Both the position numbers and the translations under genes were made by a program. The notes under the pieces are model-generated. The model had not been told where the DNA came from and searched no databases. It worked only from the letters and a program-made list of their open reading frames with translations. Shown one piece after another: positions 39,676 to 54,178 of a stretch of 64,000 nucleotides of DNA; position 1 is the stretch's first letter, and each line of letters starts with the position of its first letter. Source of the stretch: Octopus bimaculoides (lineage: Eukaryota); NCBI RefSeq assembly GCF_001194135.2, contig NC_068983.1, positions 164,165,235-164,229,234 of the forward strand. Direction: 5' to 3'.

Positions 39676-40330
39676 NNNNNNNNNNNNNNNNNNNNNNNNN
39701 NNNNNNNNNNNNNNNNNNNNNNNNNNNNNNNNNNNNNNNNNNNNNNNNNNNNNNNNNNNNNNNNNNNNNNNNNNNNNNNNNNNNNNNNNNNNNNNNNNNN
39801 NNNNNNNNNNNNNNNNNNNNNNNNNNNNNNNNNNNNNNNNNNNNNNNNNNNNNNNNNNNNNNNNNNNNNNNNNNNNNNNNNNNNNNNNNNNNNNNNNNNN
39901 NNNNNNNNNNNNNNNNNNNNNNNNNNNNNNNNNNNNNNNNNNNNNNNNNNNNNNNNNNNNNNNNNNNNNNNNNNNNNNNNNNNNNNNNNNNNNNNNNNNN
40001 NNNNNNNNNNNNNNNNNNNNNNNNNNNNNNNNNNNNNNNNNNNNNNNNNNNNNNNNNNNNNNNNNNNNNNNNNNNNNNNNNNNNNNNNNNNNNNNNNNNN
40101 NNNNNNNNNNNNNNNNNNNNNNNNNNNNNNNNNNNNNNNNNNNNNNNNNNNNNNNNNNNNNNNNNNNNNNNNNNNNNNNNNNNNNNNNNNNNNNNNNNNN
40201 NNNNNNNNNNNNNNNNNNNNNNNNNNNNNNNNNNNNNNNNNNNNNNNNNNNNNNNNNNNNNNNNNNNNNNNNNNNNNNNNNNNNNNNNNNNNNNNNNNNN
40301 NNNNNNNNNNNNNNNNNNNNNNNNNNNNNN
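39630..40330. other. (TA)n tract running into an assembly gap
   Basis: N runs at about 5983-5992, 16426-16684, 36245-36532, 39676-40330, 52241-52403, 55058-55312 and 62434-62780; most abut (TA)n or other simple repeats. Confidence 0.95.
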
Positions 40331-41639
40331 ATCGTTATTGGCAAAATGAACAACAAAACACCCTCAAAATAATTTTAAATTTTGTAAGAAAAACTAAAAT
40401 AAAGTTCTTACAAAATACAAAAATAATAGCGATGATGATGGTGGTGGTGGTGGTGGTGGAGATAGTGATGATGATGGTGATGATGAAAGAGAGAATGAAA
40501 GAGAGAAGGTAAACGAAGAGGACAAACAGAAGGAAAGAAATAGCAATAGTAGCTGAGCTGTGTTGTTTTGTCCTGTTATAGTGGTGTGGTGTAACAGGGT
40601 GGTGGCGATGATGATGGTGTTGGTGGTGGTGGTGGTGGTGGAGATGGTGAAGGTGGTGGCGATGGTGGAGGTGGTGGCGATGATGGTGATGGTGATGGTG
40701 ATGGTGATGATGATGATGATGATGATGATGAGGATGAGGATGAGGATGATGGTAGTGGTGGTGGTCGTGGTGATGGAGGCGGCAATGGTGGTGGTGGTGG
40801 TGGTGGGGGTAGTGGTGGTGGTGGTGGTGGTGGTGGTGATGATGATGATTTTGAGGATATATTGATCATGATGAGAAGCTAAACCTGTTTAAAAGCAAAC
40901 ATTTCTTCAAAGAAAGTACAATTTCCTATATCAGAAGATATATTTTACGATACTATTCAGCTTGCAGCTAGCACAGATCACAATCTGATTAAAACAAAAC
41001 TTGATAACAATCTCTATCATATTTTATTAACAATAGTTAAAACTATAATTCTTCACATTCAATGAGCTTATTTCTAGGTTCCTAAAGACAGTAGTCTGTA
41101 GCTCACCAAGTGCCAGTCTGTTTTCAGAGTGTTCTAATTCAAACTGGACTCCTTGCTTTCACAATTATTTAATGCCAGGTCAAAATATTCGATAAATGAC
41201 CTAGATGTTACCACTCTGATGATTAGATTCATTAAAATTTATTTTTTTATGAAAAAATATCTAATCCAAAATCATTAGTCCAACAAAATGTATTCTGTTT
41301 CAGCGATGGCATATTGAGAATTAAGGAACAAAATTTAGGAAGATCTAATTTATTCTGTAAAATAAGAAGTTAACAAAATATATATTTTGTCAGAATAAAG
41401 ATTTTTGATTAATTATTCACCTCTCACATTTATTGTTCAATATTTAGAATAAAGTAGTCGATAAGTGGCTGCACAAAGCCTCTTTTTTAACTTGTCATCT
41501 TCAGGAATAATATTTATCTATTTATGTATATTTTTTATTGACTCTTTGTGAAAATATTGCAATCCTCTATAAACGTTTGATTAATCTAAATGCTGGAATT
41601 ATTTCCCTAGTCTTGTTCATTCATTTATATCCATGCATT

Positions 41640-42190
41640 TCATCTTAAGACCTGCTAAGCTCTGAGTGTCCAGCTTTGTCCACATGGTCTGTAACTGGCC
41701 TGTGGTTTCAGCAATGAGTACAATGTCATCTGTGAATCAGCGGTGTGTTAGTTGTTCACTATTGATGTTCATAACACCTGTCCAATCTAGACAAGCTATA
41801 AAGTGCTTTGGAGAGATGGTACCTTCTTGCTTGACACCTTTCTTAATCAGGACCCTTACTAGTGTTGATAGCAGAGCTGTATCTGTTGTACATCCAGAGC
41901 TTGTATCTCTGAGCAGCTTCATGTATTGCACCTCAACACTTGGCATTTCCAGAGATTTCAACACTGCATTCATCTCAATGCTACCAAAGGCCTTTTCATA
42001 ATCAACAAAAATGATACACAGAGGAAGCTTGTATTCATTCGCTCATTCTGTGGGCTCTCTTCGAGTGAATATATGATCTGTTATGCTGTAGTCCTTACAG
42101 AAGCTTGTTGCTCTTTGTGCTGTTGGTTGTTGAGGTGTTTTGATTGTCTAATGACTACGACCTTTGCAAACAGCTTATAGAGGTGAGACA
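41640..42190 (-). pseudogene. RTE-clade LINE reverse transcriptase fragment
   Basis: LCIIFVDYEKAFGSIEMNAVLKSL...KKGVKQEGTISPK...INSEQLTH..DDIVLI (RT motifs A, B, C), frameshifted. Confidence 0.88.
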
Positions 42191-42261
42191 AGAAGCATAT
42201 GGGGCATTAGTTATTTTAAACCTCTACCACCACCATCCATATCATTGTTTAGTGTCTGCTT

Positions 42262-42410
42262 AGTAACTGGTACTTTATTCATCGACCCCGAAAGAATGAA
42301 AGGCAAAGTTGACCTCAGCGGAATTTGACCTCAGAACGTAAAGACAGATGAAATACCGCTAAGCATTTCACCCAGCATGCTAACGTTTCTGCCAGCTCCT
42401 CGCCACCTTA
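42262..42410 (+). mobile_element. SINE family C (CORE/MIR-like segment)
   Basis: ACTGGTACTTTATTCATCGACCCCGAAAGAATGAAAGGCAAAGTTGACCTCAGCGGAATTTGA motif; also at about 3598-3800, 5010-5235, 21885-22100, 37040-37200 and 63740-63960. Confidence 0.7.
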
Positions 42411-42752
42411 AAGGAAAATAGATATTATGATATTATTAACCCCAAGCTTCTTAAAATTGGTTGTTCCATATCTAATAATTTATGGCAGATTATATCTTCA
42501 ACTAACGAGAGAAAATTATGTAATTTTTATAGTAAATGTAATAGTAGTAAATGCCTTGATAGTATTACTAATGGAATAAAGGCCAGTAATGAAAGTAAAT
42601 TTGGAACATCTAGTGTGCAAGGGGAAACAACCTGTGTTAAATCCCATCTCAAACTCTTGAGTGTAGATAAAATGGAAAGTAGCAATTATACTGAATGTAA
42701 TGATGTGAAACAGAATAATAATACGAGTACTAGTGAAAATACATTTTAATTT

Positions 42753-43150
42753 TGCAGGGTTAGAAGTGACTGTTTATCTAAAAATTATTGTAAACAAAAC
42801 AATGTTGTTTACAGATGTAAGGTGATATTTGAGGGTAAAAGTTTCTTCGACACAGGGACTATGCAAAGTTTTGTTACAAAACATGTCTCTAACCATATTT
42901 ACACCTTAAATAATAGGAACAGGTCTTCTACCCGTCTCAGTAAGTTTATTTGGGACTGGAAAGACAAGAAAAAAGTTTTTCTGTGGAGTGGGAGATTATA
43001 AGCAAGGCAACTGCTTATAAGCCTGGAAACACCTTTTGCTTTCTCTGTCTAGAAGAATTATCTTTGATCTTATATTCTAGATGTCTCTTAAATGCTAAAC
43101 ACGGACTGGTTTTTCATGTGTTCACACATGTAAATGGACTCTTAAAAACT
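42753..43150 (+). pseudogene. PLE GIY-YIG endonuclease remnant (Neptune/Naiad-like type with Cys motifs)
   Basis: CRVRSDCLSKNYCKQNNVVYRCKV...NH...STRLSKFIWDWKDK, then after a frameshift VEWEIISKATAYKPGNTFCFLCLEE...LLN. Confidence 0.8.
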
Positions 43151-45102
43151 AACATTAAATATATAATCATCATTGATGACAAGCATTAAAAAATGGTTAG
43201 TAGTTGTAATATTGATGAAAAAAAAAGGTATAATATAATATAATTTAATATAATATAATATTTTAATTAAATGGTGTAGATGGATGTTATGCTTTCTATA
43301 TGTGGCAATGTATTGATATTTTGCTATAGATTCAATTAAGCACGTTTCTCATAAATATATTGTTGAAATTCTTATAATAATTTATGAAACTAAATTTGAG
43401 ATAAAACATATTATCTTAATAATAATTGCAACTTTAGTGTACTTAGTTTTAATATGAATTATCTATAAATAGTACCTGGTAATGTTTAGATTTTGCTTTT
43501 GTTTACAAAGTTTATACTGACCGTAGATTTTTGCACAAATATTGATGATGCAACACCATTAGATGGTAGCTGACCAGCAGTTTTGATACATCGGATTTTT
43601 TTGTTTTCATCAGTATTTTAACAAACACATACACAACTATTTGATGAATGTTATCTCCCTCTCTGTCACTCTCTCTCTACCCATCTTTCTCTCCCACTCA
43701 CTTTAATCTCTCTCTCTTTCTCCCTATAACATCTTTTTTGCCCTAATTATCACTCTACCACCAATAAAAATCATCATGCAGTACGTATGCCCATGCACAA
43801 TTGCATCAAATGTATTTGTTTATACGTATATAGATGAAAATGGCATTGTTTTAAAAACAACACACATATCTGAGTCTGTTGTAGGTCAACCAATATGTTG
43901 AAATGTAAGTCTTGTTTGGAAAATTCTTCCCTGATGAAAAACCCAATTAACCAGTTTCAACATGAAAATTTAAATTAAATTAATTTAATTTAATCTAATT
44001 TGATTTCTGTAATTGAGCTAATTGGATAATGAAACGGCTGTAGGACTGGAATTTTATTATATGGATTTGAATGTCTTCAAATAAACTTATGTCTGACTGT
44101 CAATTTCTCTATTTTCTTCTCTTTCTCATTCATATTATAAATAGATATGAATGAAGAAAAGAAAATAGCAAACGGCAACCATGAATTGTTGGGGATGCTA
44201 CCAGAGTCATGTAAATGGCACCTATGCTGGTGGCACGTAAAAGCACCCATTACACTTTTGGAGTAATTGGCATTAGGAAGGGCATCCAGCCACAGAAATC
44301 ATGTGAAATCAGACTGGAACCTGGTGCAGCTCTCCGGCTCATTAGCTCCAGTCAGACCATCTAACCCATGCCAGCATGGAGATCAGACATTAAGTGATAT
44401 GATGATGATGATGATATATATATACATACATATATATATATACACACACACACACACGCACACACACATAAATACACATACATATATATATACAGATAAA
44501 CGATGGGTTTCTTTCAGTTTCCATCTACCAAATCCACTCGCAAAGCTTTGGTCAGCCTGAGGCTATAACAGAAGACACTTGCCCACGGTACCACACAATG
44601 GGACAGAACCCAGAACGATATGGTTCGGAAGCAAGCTTCTTACCACACAGCTCTGTCTACTGTTTGAAGTGATGTGTTGCTCAAGCTGAGTAGATACACT
44701 GGTTTTATAGAAGACTGCAGTTGATGTGTTGTAATTCAAATTGATGGCTGGTTGGCTGTAAATGCTGTCAAAAGCTGGATACAAGAATGAACAGTGATTT
44801 AATGTTGAATTAAGTCTGATATTGGATCATTCCACGTTTTGTAATTGAAGAAAATGCATCTAGGATTATGTTGTTGTTGTTGTGGTTGGTGTGTTTACTC
44901 TTGCATACATCTTGTTAAGAGGATAAATAATATATGGTTTGTACATAAATGTGTTTCTGGTGTATATATAAATCCATCATTGTATATATCTGTGCAGATA
45001 TCTTTAGTCTCAAGATAGATTACAATTACTGGTGTCGAAGCAAGTTAATGATGTTGGGTGAATTACTCTAAAGAAAAGCACATGTCATTAGGCAAAGCTT
45101 AC

Positions 45103-45204
45103 GGGTTTTAACAGCTTTGCTTTGTTTGATGGACTGTCTTGGAATGGAAAATAAGGTGTTCCCAAGAACTTGGAATTATCTTTGGCAAAGCAAGTTGATA
45201 TTGC
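45103..45204 (-). CDS. Candidate upstream exon (102 nt, phase 0-0: AISTCFAKDNSKFLGTPYFPFQDSPSNKAKLLKP)
   Basis: Acceptor atattttacag|GCA, donor CCC|GTAAGC, stop-free, phase-compatible with the exon starting at 30926. No homology or expression support. Confidence 0.45.
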
Positions 45205-45633
45205 CTGTAAAATATATGTGATTTACAGCTGCAATATAAAACTAATTCCATCTAAACATTAACACCCATCCATAAACCACTTACAAAGATTGATTTATAT
45301 ATAATCTTTACTCTTCGCTAGCTGTATATATCTTTCATCTTTTACTAGTTTCAATCATTAGACTGTGGTCATTCTGGAGCACTGCCTTGATGAAGTTTAG
45401 TTGAATGAATCGACCTCAGTACTAAATTTTTTAAAGCCTGGTAATTACTCTTTCTCCCTCTTTTGTCAAACTGCTAGATTTCAGGAACGTAAACACACCG
45501 ACAGTGGTTGTCAAGTGGTGGAGAGGGAACAAACGTAGGCACAAAGACACACTCTCCCACACACACACACCATGCACACGATTGGTCAGTAGTTCATATA
45601 ACTGTAAAGAAGCACAGCTCTTATATATATATA

Positions 45634-46921
45634 CAGGGTGCACTGAATAGATTGTCATCTAAATTACACAAAAATGAAAATAATGCTGACATCTCATTTT
45701 AACAGATATATTTGCCAAAATTATACAAAAATGTCTTGAAATGCTAAAGAGTAAATTTATTCAATAAAATTGCCATTGGCTTCAACCACAGCCTCCAGAC
45801 GACTTTGGAATCTCCTGCAACTCTTCTGGACGGTCTCCTTGTTTAAGTTGGTGAATGCTGCCATAATCCTTGCCTTCAGTTCATCTTTGGTGTTACAAGG
45901 AGTTTTGTTGGTCTCTCGCTCAACTGCTCCCCACACATAATAATCAAGACGGTTGCAGTCTGGGGAGTTGGGTGGCCAGATGTTAGGGGTGATGTGGTCG
46001 CAGAAATTGTCTGACAGCCATGACTGGGTTCTCCTGCTTGTGTGGCGTGGTGCAGTCCTGTTGCCAGACACAAGGTCTTCCAGCAACTACCTTCTTGATC
46101 CAGGGCAGCACTACCTCCTCCAGGAACTTGATGTTGGCTTTCGTGTTGATTGTGAGGCCATGTGAGAAGATGAATGGAGGCATAACGTCGCCATCACTAG
46201 TGATCACTCCAAACACCATCATGTTGACCAGATGTTTAATTTCTATCATTCTTAGTACATGTTTTGGGGACATGGCAGGTCAACGGTTGTTCTGTGTGTA
46301 CTCCATCTGATCCTAGCCGAAATTTTACTCATCTGAGAATAACCAAAGCATTTTTGGTTGGAGGGGATGCTTGAGTTTGTTCAAAAGCTTGCCTCTTGTC
46401 CTTGATGGCTTGGGATCAAAATTGGCCCTCTCTCATCTTGTATGAGGAATACCAAATGCCTTCATGCACTATCTGCCTGATAAGAAAATCAGACACTCTC
46501 ATGTCTCTGGCTATGAACCTGAATGACTTCGAGGGATCATTGTCAATCATGGCCTGGATCTCACCAACAAATTCAGGAGTTCTTTTCTTATCAGAACGAT
46601 CCGAGTGAGTTTTCCAAGCTGCCATTCCATCGTAATCGCCATTAGACTCACCCAACTCTTTCCAAATCCTCTGCACTGTCCTCAGACTGACACCCAAACA
46701 CTCTTAAATGTTTGTAGTGGAGCTTCTGGCACAAATACCAAGCAGTGTAGCATGTCGTTTCCAAATTTCTGGCAGAGTGAATTGCATCATGGTGCTGTTT
46801 TTCTGACAGACAGTGCCCAACTGACCCTACTATGCTGTATAATTGACAAAATCAAAAACAAACAATGCACATGCACAAAATTAAAAATATAAAATGGTGA
46901 CAATTTACCCATCGCACGCTG
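45634..46921 (-). mobile_element. Near full-length Tc1/mariner transposon, DD37D (maT) family, 1288 bp, frameshifted transposase
   Basis: TA flanks at 45632-45633 and 46922-46923; imperfect TIRs CAGGGTGCACTGAATAGATTGTCA / CAGCGTGCGATGGGTAAATTGTCA. VMVFGVI, WQQD and WPPNSPDCNRLDYYVWG motifs, with 37 residues between the second and third Asp after correcting a frameshift. Confidence 0.92.
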
Positions 46922-46929
46922 TATATATG

Positions 46930-47022
<93 letters not shown>

Positions 47023-47481
47023 GACAGGCCTTTTTCAGTTTCTGTCAACCAAATCCACTCACAAGGCTTTGGTTGGCTTGAGTCTATAGTAGAAAACACT
47101 TGCCCAAGATGTAATGCAGTAGGATCGAACCCAGAACCATGTGGTTGGCAAGTGAAGTTCCTGCCATACAACCACATTAAGATATTCGAGAATGTTTTGG
47201 TATTTTTTGTCAGTTCATTTAGATTATTCCTCACTTAACTACAAACTTCCTAATCCACACTTTAAAAGAGTTTTACCTATAAATATTCACTAAATAAATA
47301 TTTACTTTCCTGTGTAAGGATTATAAAGAAATAACACCTGTTAGATGATTTGTATTAAGCTGATGCAGAACCAAAGGTAAGGCTTTAAGCAAGTCAATTC
47401 CAGTTCTATATTTAAGAGGTGAGAAATTATGTTCATTATTTACATTTGATGGATATTTGTCTTCATCTTGTTTGTTGTTAA

Positions 47482-47524
47482 CAAAACATTTTGGCTGATA
47501 TACCCTCCAGCCTTCATCAGGTGT
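47482..47524 (-). ncRNA. Degenerate hammerhead motif (F1)
   Basis: Minus strand ACAC-CTGATGA-aGGCTG..CAGCC-AAAA-TGTT-TTGT. Confidence 0.55.
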
Positions 47525-47606
47525 CTTGGGAAAATTTTGAACCTGGGTTCTCATTCCTAAGGTATTTTTTGATGTTGCTTTTCTTCTTCTTCTTCTTCTT
47601 CTTCTG

Positions 47607-47722
<116 letters not shown>

Positions 47723-48084
47723 CATTATTATTATTATTATTATGATTCGGGTCACTGCCTGGAATCGAACAAGATGAGGACAAATATCCGTCAAATGTAA
47801 ATAAATGTAAATAATGTAAATAATGTACATAATTCCTCATCTCTTAAATATAGAACTGTATTATCTAATCGGTACGGATCCGACATTAGACTTCAATGGA
47901 GACATATAGAGAAACTCCATCAAAAACTAGCTCGTCTTTCAAACCATCTAACTTTCCTGTGTAGATGTAAAGATTCCAGGCAGTGACCTGAATAATAATA
48001 ATAACAATAATAATAATAATAGTAATAATAATAACATTGAAAAATACCTTAGGAATGAGAACTTAAGTTCAAAATTTCCCCAAG

Positions 48085-48120
48085 ACACCTGATGATGGGA
48101 ATATCAGTTGTAACGTTGTA
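48085..48120 (+). ncRNA. Heavily decayed hammerhead motif (F1)
   Basis: ACAC-CTGATGA retained and ACGTTGTA retained; stem II partly deleted. Confidence 0.4.
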
Positions 48121-48774
48121 TAAACAACAAACAAGATGAGGACAAATATCTGTCAAATGTAAATAATGTAAATAAAGTCAATTTCACTTTCACAAGGAAT
48201 AAGTATTGATTCCATGTTGAAGCCATTTCCTAGCAGCAGCTTACATAAATTCTGTTGCTTTACACAACTCCATAAATGATATACAGTGATATAAGAGGCT
48301 GACATCAGAACTGGAGAGATTGGACATTGGAACTATAAAGATGCAAGAAATTACGGATTGATTTGCTTCAAACACACAGGGACTGATTGATATATTGGGA
48401 TCATAGAATGATTGATTGATATATTTGGGGATCATAGAATGGATAAAGGATTAAATAAGATGTTGACCGCCTGGTTGAAAATGTCATGTGTTCATTACAG
48501 GAAGGAAAGCGAAATTAAAAGCCTAAACAGTTTTCAGTTCTATATTTCTACTTTATGGGTTCGAATCCCACTTGATCTAACTTTCTAGTTGTTTTTTTAC
48601 TTGTTTCAGGCATTGGGCTATGGCCATGCTGGAGTACTGCTTTGAAGGGTTATAAACAAACCAACACCAGTTGAGAAACAGTGAGAGGCAACAAACACAA
48701 GCATAAAGACATACATATACACATATATATATGATCACACTCACACACACAAACATACACACACATATATACAT

Positions 48775-48845
<71 letters not shown>

Positions 48846-48966
48846 TAGAAAAACATGTAATCGTTACCAATATAGCAAGAGATTTCACCGCAAAAAAGTC
48901 TAAATTAGACTCCTTAGGGATCGTTCTCCTTGGTTATATATCCAAAGTTTTAAATTTAAAAGAGAG

Positions 48967-49020
48967 TTTTGACGCTAATATCCATTATTATTGAAATAAT
49001 AATGGATATTAGCATCAAAA
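48967..49020. repeat. 54-bp near-perfect palindrome
   Basis: 26-bp arms (one mismatch) around a 2-nt spacer: TTTTGACGCTAATATCCATTATTATT-GA-AATAATAATGGATATTAGCATCAAAA. Confidence 0.9.
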
Positions 49021-49478
49021 TATATATATATATTATTTAATTGACACAAAACAATTTTTCATGTGCAACTAATACTTCATGTGTTCAGAAACAAATCATA
49101 CATGTTCCATTTTTTTAACCTTCCATGTTCTCTTATTTTTAATCTTCTGTTTCAATAATTTGACTGTGGCCATGCTAGAGCACTGCTTTTAGTCAAACAA
49201 ATCGGCCCATTTGAGTGTTGGGCTTCATGGGGGCAGTGACAGGTGACCAAGACCTTTGGCAATATACTAAGCTTGTGTAGACCTGTCAAGCCAAGTGAGA
49301 TTGTAGTTGTGGCCAATGCTGGTATCAGATCGATGGCACTCTTGGAGTGGTTGACGTTAGGAAAGGCTTCCAGCCACAGAAACGTTGCCAAATCAGATCG
49401 GAACCTGTTGCAGCTCCCTGGTTTACCAGTTTTCAGTCAAACTGTCCAACCTACGTCAGCATGGAAAACGGACGTTAA

Positions 49479-49518
<40 letters not shown>

Positions 49519-50197
49519 CGACAATGTTGGTGTTGTTGAATTCACATCTGCTCTGAACGAACAGATTTATAATAAAACATTTGCCATTGTGTACCTCGGA
49601 CTACATTACCCAGTGTGCCCTCTTTTCTTCGCACGATTAAACAACGGCAACATAGAGACGCCCAGTGAAACAGGTCACAGACTGGTAATGAAGTTTCATA
49701 ACATGAGACTGTACTTGCTGAAGAAGAGTCAAAACAACTTCATCACAGCAACAACAACGGCATCAACAACAACAAGAACTGCAGCTAAAAGCAAGGCGGT
49801 ACAATAGAAGTCGGAGACGGTTCCAAGATGAAAAACATTCATAAAATATCAGTGATATAGCAATAGCAACTAGATAATTGTAAATGATTAGAATGTGTTT
49901 TAGATATAATCCATATTGAATTGGCAATGCTTTGAATGGCAAGAATGGACAATTTAATGGTTCCTTTTCAAAAATGATGGATGAAAGTATTTCTGATGAC
50001 ATCTCAATTTATTGACATTTTATCAAACTATTACTGAAGTTTGATCTAAGCATAAAAATATGTGTGCGTATGTCTTTGTGAGTGTGAAAATATATATATG
50101 CGTGTGTGTATGTGTATGTGTGTGTGTGGTTCGTGTTGACTGATTATACACACACACACACACACACATATATATACATATATATATATATATGCAG

Positions 50198-50229
<32 letters not shown>

Positions 50230-50465
50230 GTGTGTATGTATGTATGTATGTATGTATGTATGTGTGTATATATATATACATATATATATATATATTTATA
50301 TATATATATGTGTGTGTGTGTATGTGTATATATATATGTATATATATATATATAGTTGTATACATGTAATATTGTTTTTCGTTTGATTGAATCAGTCTAC
50401 ATGGTAATCATATGTGTGTGTATGTACACACACAGAGACATACATACATACATACAGACATTCAT

Positions 50466-50496
<31 letters not shown>

Positions 50497-50835
50497 CACA
50501 GACGAAGGCAGCTTCAATGTAGGAGATAAGGAATTGATGTGTGAGAGAAAGACCCAAATAGTAAAACGTTTTTTGGGGTGTCGAGGAACTCCATGGCAAC
50601 ACGGATTAGAGAAGAGAGAGTGGGAAGGGTGGGGTGCAGGCGGATAAAGATAAAATTAATAGTGATGATAACATGTTATGGATGGTGCCTCAAGATACGA
50701 GGTTATTTAAAGTGAGTGGGGAGAGGAGAAAAGAGAGTGTGGGTGGGTAGAGGGTGCAAGAGTGTGTGGATGGGAAGGAGAGATGGTTAGAGGGTGAATA
50801 TAACGAGGAACAAGTGTTGAGTGATGACAAGTAGG

Positions 50836-51275
<440 letters not shown>

Positions 51276-53819
51276 AGGTGACAACTGTAAAGATCGGTTA
51301 GGGTCGAGGGGCAGACGTCGAGAATATTTGGGGAAATAAGGGAGAATAAAACAAACAAAACAATTGGTTCTTGCTGAAGTCAATATTTGTTTTTCATGCA
51401 TTCAAGGTCCATAGAATACGGTACCAATAATGCACTGGTATTGATATAATTCCACCTCTTGAGATTGCAAATCTGGTGCCAGCACCCGTACTGATGCCAT
51501 GTAAAAAGCACTTGTGCAGGTACCACACAAAACGGCACCTGTGCTGGTGCCTTGTAAAAACACTCAGTACACTCTGTTAAGTGGTTGGCATTAGGAAAGG
51601 CATCCATCCATAGAAAAATGCCCAAAACAGAGGAGAGGACTAGTTCCTGCCATAGCTCTCCAGCTTGCCAACTCCTGTCAAACTATGCAACCCATGCCAG
51701 CATGAAGAATGCATGTTAAATGATGATGATGATGATGATGATGATAATGGAGCAGTTCCTTAAATCAACCACATTATGTAATTGGCGATTATTTCATAAA
51801 CATCAGACACTGAAAGACAAAGACAACCATGGCAGGGTTTGAACTCAAAGCATAAAGGGACATAACTACAATGCAGTTTGTCCACAACTGCATTAATTCT
51901 TCCAAACATTTATTTAGGAAAATCCTAAAGATCTGCCTGAAGGTTTATGAAGGCAAATCACCGATTCTCTAATTTCTTTTGTTCTTTTACTTGTTTCAGT
52001 CATTTTGACTGTGGTCATGCTGGAGCACTGCCTTTCCTTGAAGGAAAAACCACATATGGATTGTTAGCAATTTTTTCCTCCGTTTTCCTTTTTCTGAAGA
52101 TCTTTGCTCAAAATGTACGACAACCTTTCTTTCCTTCGTACCCCGACCTCAAGTTGTTTTTCTTGTGTTTTTTCTTTGTTTTTTGGGGGGATTTACTATA
52201 TATATATACATATATATATATGGGTGTGTGTGTGTGTGTGNNNNNNNNNNNNNNNNNNNNNNNNNNNNNNNNNNNNNNNNNNNNNNNNNNNNNNNNNNNN
52301 NNNNNNNNNNNNNNNNNNNNNNNNNNNNNNNNNNNNNNNNNNNNNNNNNNNNNNNNNNNNNNNNNNNNNNNNNNNNNNNNNNNNNNNNNNNNNNNNNNNN
52401 NNNATATATATATATATATATATATAACAGGCTTCTTTCAGTTTCCATCTGCCACTCATAAGGCTTTGGTCGGCTTGAGGCTATAGTAGAAGACACTTAC
52501 CCAAGTTCCATGCTGTGGGACTGAACCTGGAACCATGTGGTTGGTAAGCAAGTAGTATTATACTGTAATACATGAGTTATTCAAGTATTGCATTTTAGAC
52601 ATGTAGCATATAAAGGAGACGTACTAGTATGATGTTGTTATTTGACATGTAGTGCCTCATAATTAAAAGACGAGTAAAACGTTGAAGACAAAAATGGTTA
52701 TCTAAATAGCCAGCAGTATGAAAAACCTCATTTACAGAAATTATCATGCAGTGAGCTATGATAATTAATTATTCTTAGTATTTTATGTTAATAGTTAACA
52801 TGACGTGTATTGGCTTTGTTTTTGATTTAAAAAAAAATTTATGTTTATTTGTACTGAAAAAGGTATTGGTTGAACAAATAAAATGAACGAAAGATCACAC
52901 ATTTAAAAAATTACTGTTGATTGATGAGCGCTTGTACGATTGTGTGGTTAAGAAGTTCCTCACAGAGGAAATGACAAAAGACCGAGACCTCTGGAGATAT
53001 GCTGTGACTGAGAAGACCCGGCAAATAAAGTGAGATCACAGCTGTAACCTACACCAGTGTCGCATAACCAGCCCACTCAGAAGTACCTTGGATCGTAGGG
53101 CGACATGTCGTGCTTGAGGAGACCTATTGAGTCAAGTACATCAAAATCAAATCAAATCACATTCAAATGGTAATTGTAGTTGTGGTCCCCATGCTAGTGG
53201 CACTTAAAAAGCACCACCCGAACATGGCCAATGCCAGTCCCCTCTGGCCCCTGTGTTGGTGGCATGTAAAAAGGCACCCACTACACTTGGAGTGGTTGGC
53301 GTTAGGAAGGGCATCCAGCTGTAGAAGCCTTGCCAAATCAGATTAGAGCCTGGTGCAGACTTCTGGCTTCCCAGACCCCAGTCGAACCATTCAACCTATG
53401 CCAGCATGGAAAACGGATGTTTAACAATGATAATGATGATGATGTATGTGTGTTCTCTCCTGCTTTTAACAATTTAAACACATCTCTGAGTTTAGCCATT
53501 AAGCTACACCAGCATCTTGTTCAGTTGCTTTTTTTTTTATTACTTATTTTCCTTTATTATTAATGATAAGTTTTGATTACGAAAAAAGGAATATATGTTA
53601 TAAATTTGCCAAATCTAGTATAATAATGACTGAGTTCATTAAGATATCAGTTTTTAAAATTTCTTTTAACTTATACTGTGTACCAATAGTGGTAGATGAT
53701 GCTGGTTGGGACAGTTACCCATGTACCGTATATGGTGGACAATGTGGTTAAAGTGTTAATTATTCGAATTCAGCCTGTGAGGAAAAAGCTGGTTTCTAAG
53801 AAAGATACAAAGATCTGTT

Positions 53820-54050
53820 GTTGGAATGAGAAAAGTCTTGCAGATTTGTACTGTTCCACTTACAGATTTTATTTGTGATGTGTGAGTTAGTTGGTTGATT
53901 TCTTTTTCTGAAAACCTTAACCTATCCAGATGGTCACTAACAAAACCAAGTGCACCAACTATTATTGCTGTTGGTTGTTCCGTCTTGAGCCATGCCTGGC
54001 TCATAAGAGCCAGTTTCCTGGCTTCATTGGCATATAGGTTCCCCAATTGG
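53820..54050 (-). pseudogene. R4/Dong-like LINE RLE C-terminal remnant
   Basis: AIIVGALGFVSDHLDRL...QIKSVSGTVQICKTFL; adjoins a (GAT/GGT)n repeat. Confidence 0.7.
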
Positions 54051-54145
54051 ATAGGAGATGATGATGATGATGATGATAATGGTGGTTGTGGTGGTGGTGG
54101 TGGTGATGATGACGATGATGTTAAAAGATGAAGATGATGACAATG

Positions 54146-54178
<33 letters not shown>

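Noticed and set aside
43931-43970. CTGATGA followed by AAAC/GTTT pairing
   Set aside because: No GAAA box or cleavage triplet in the right position.
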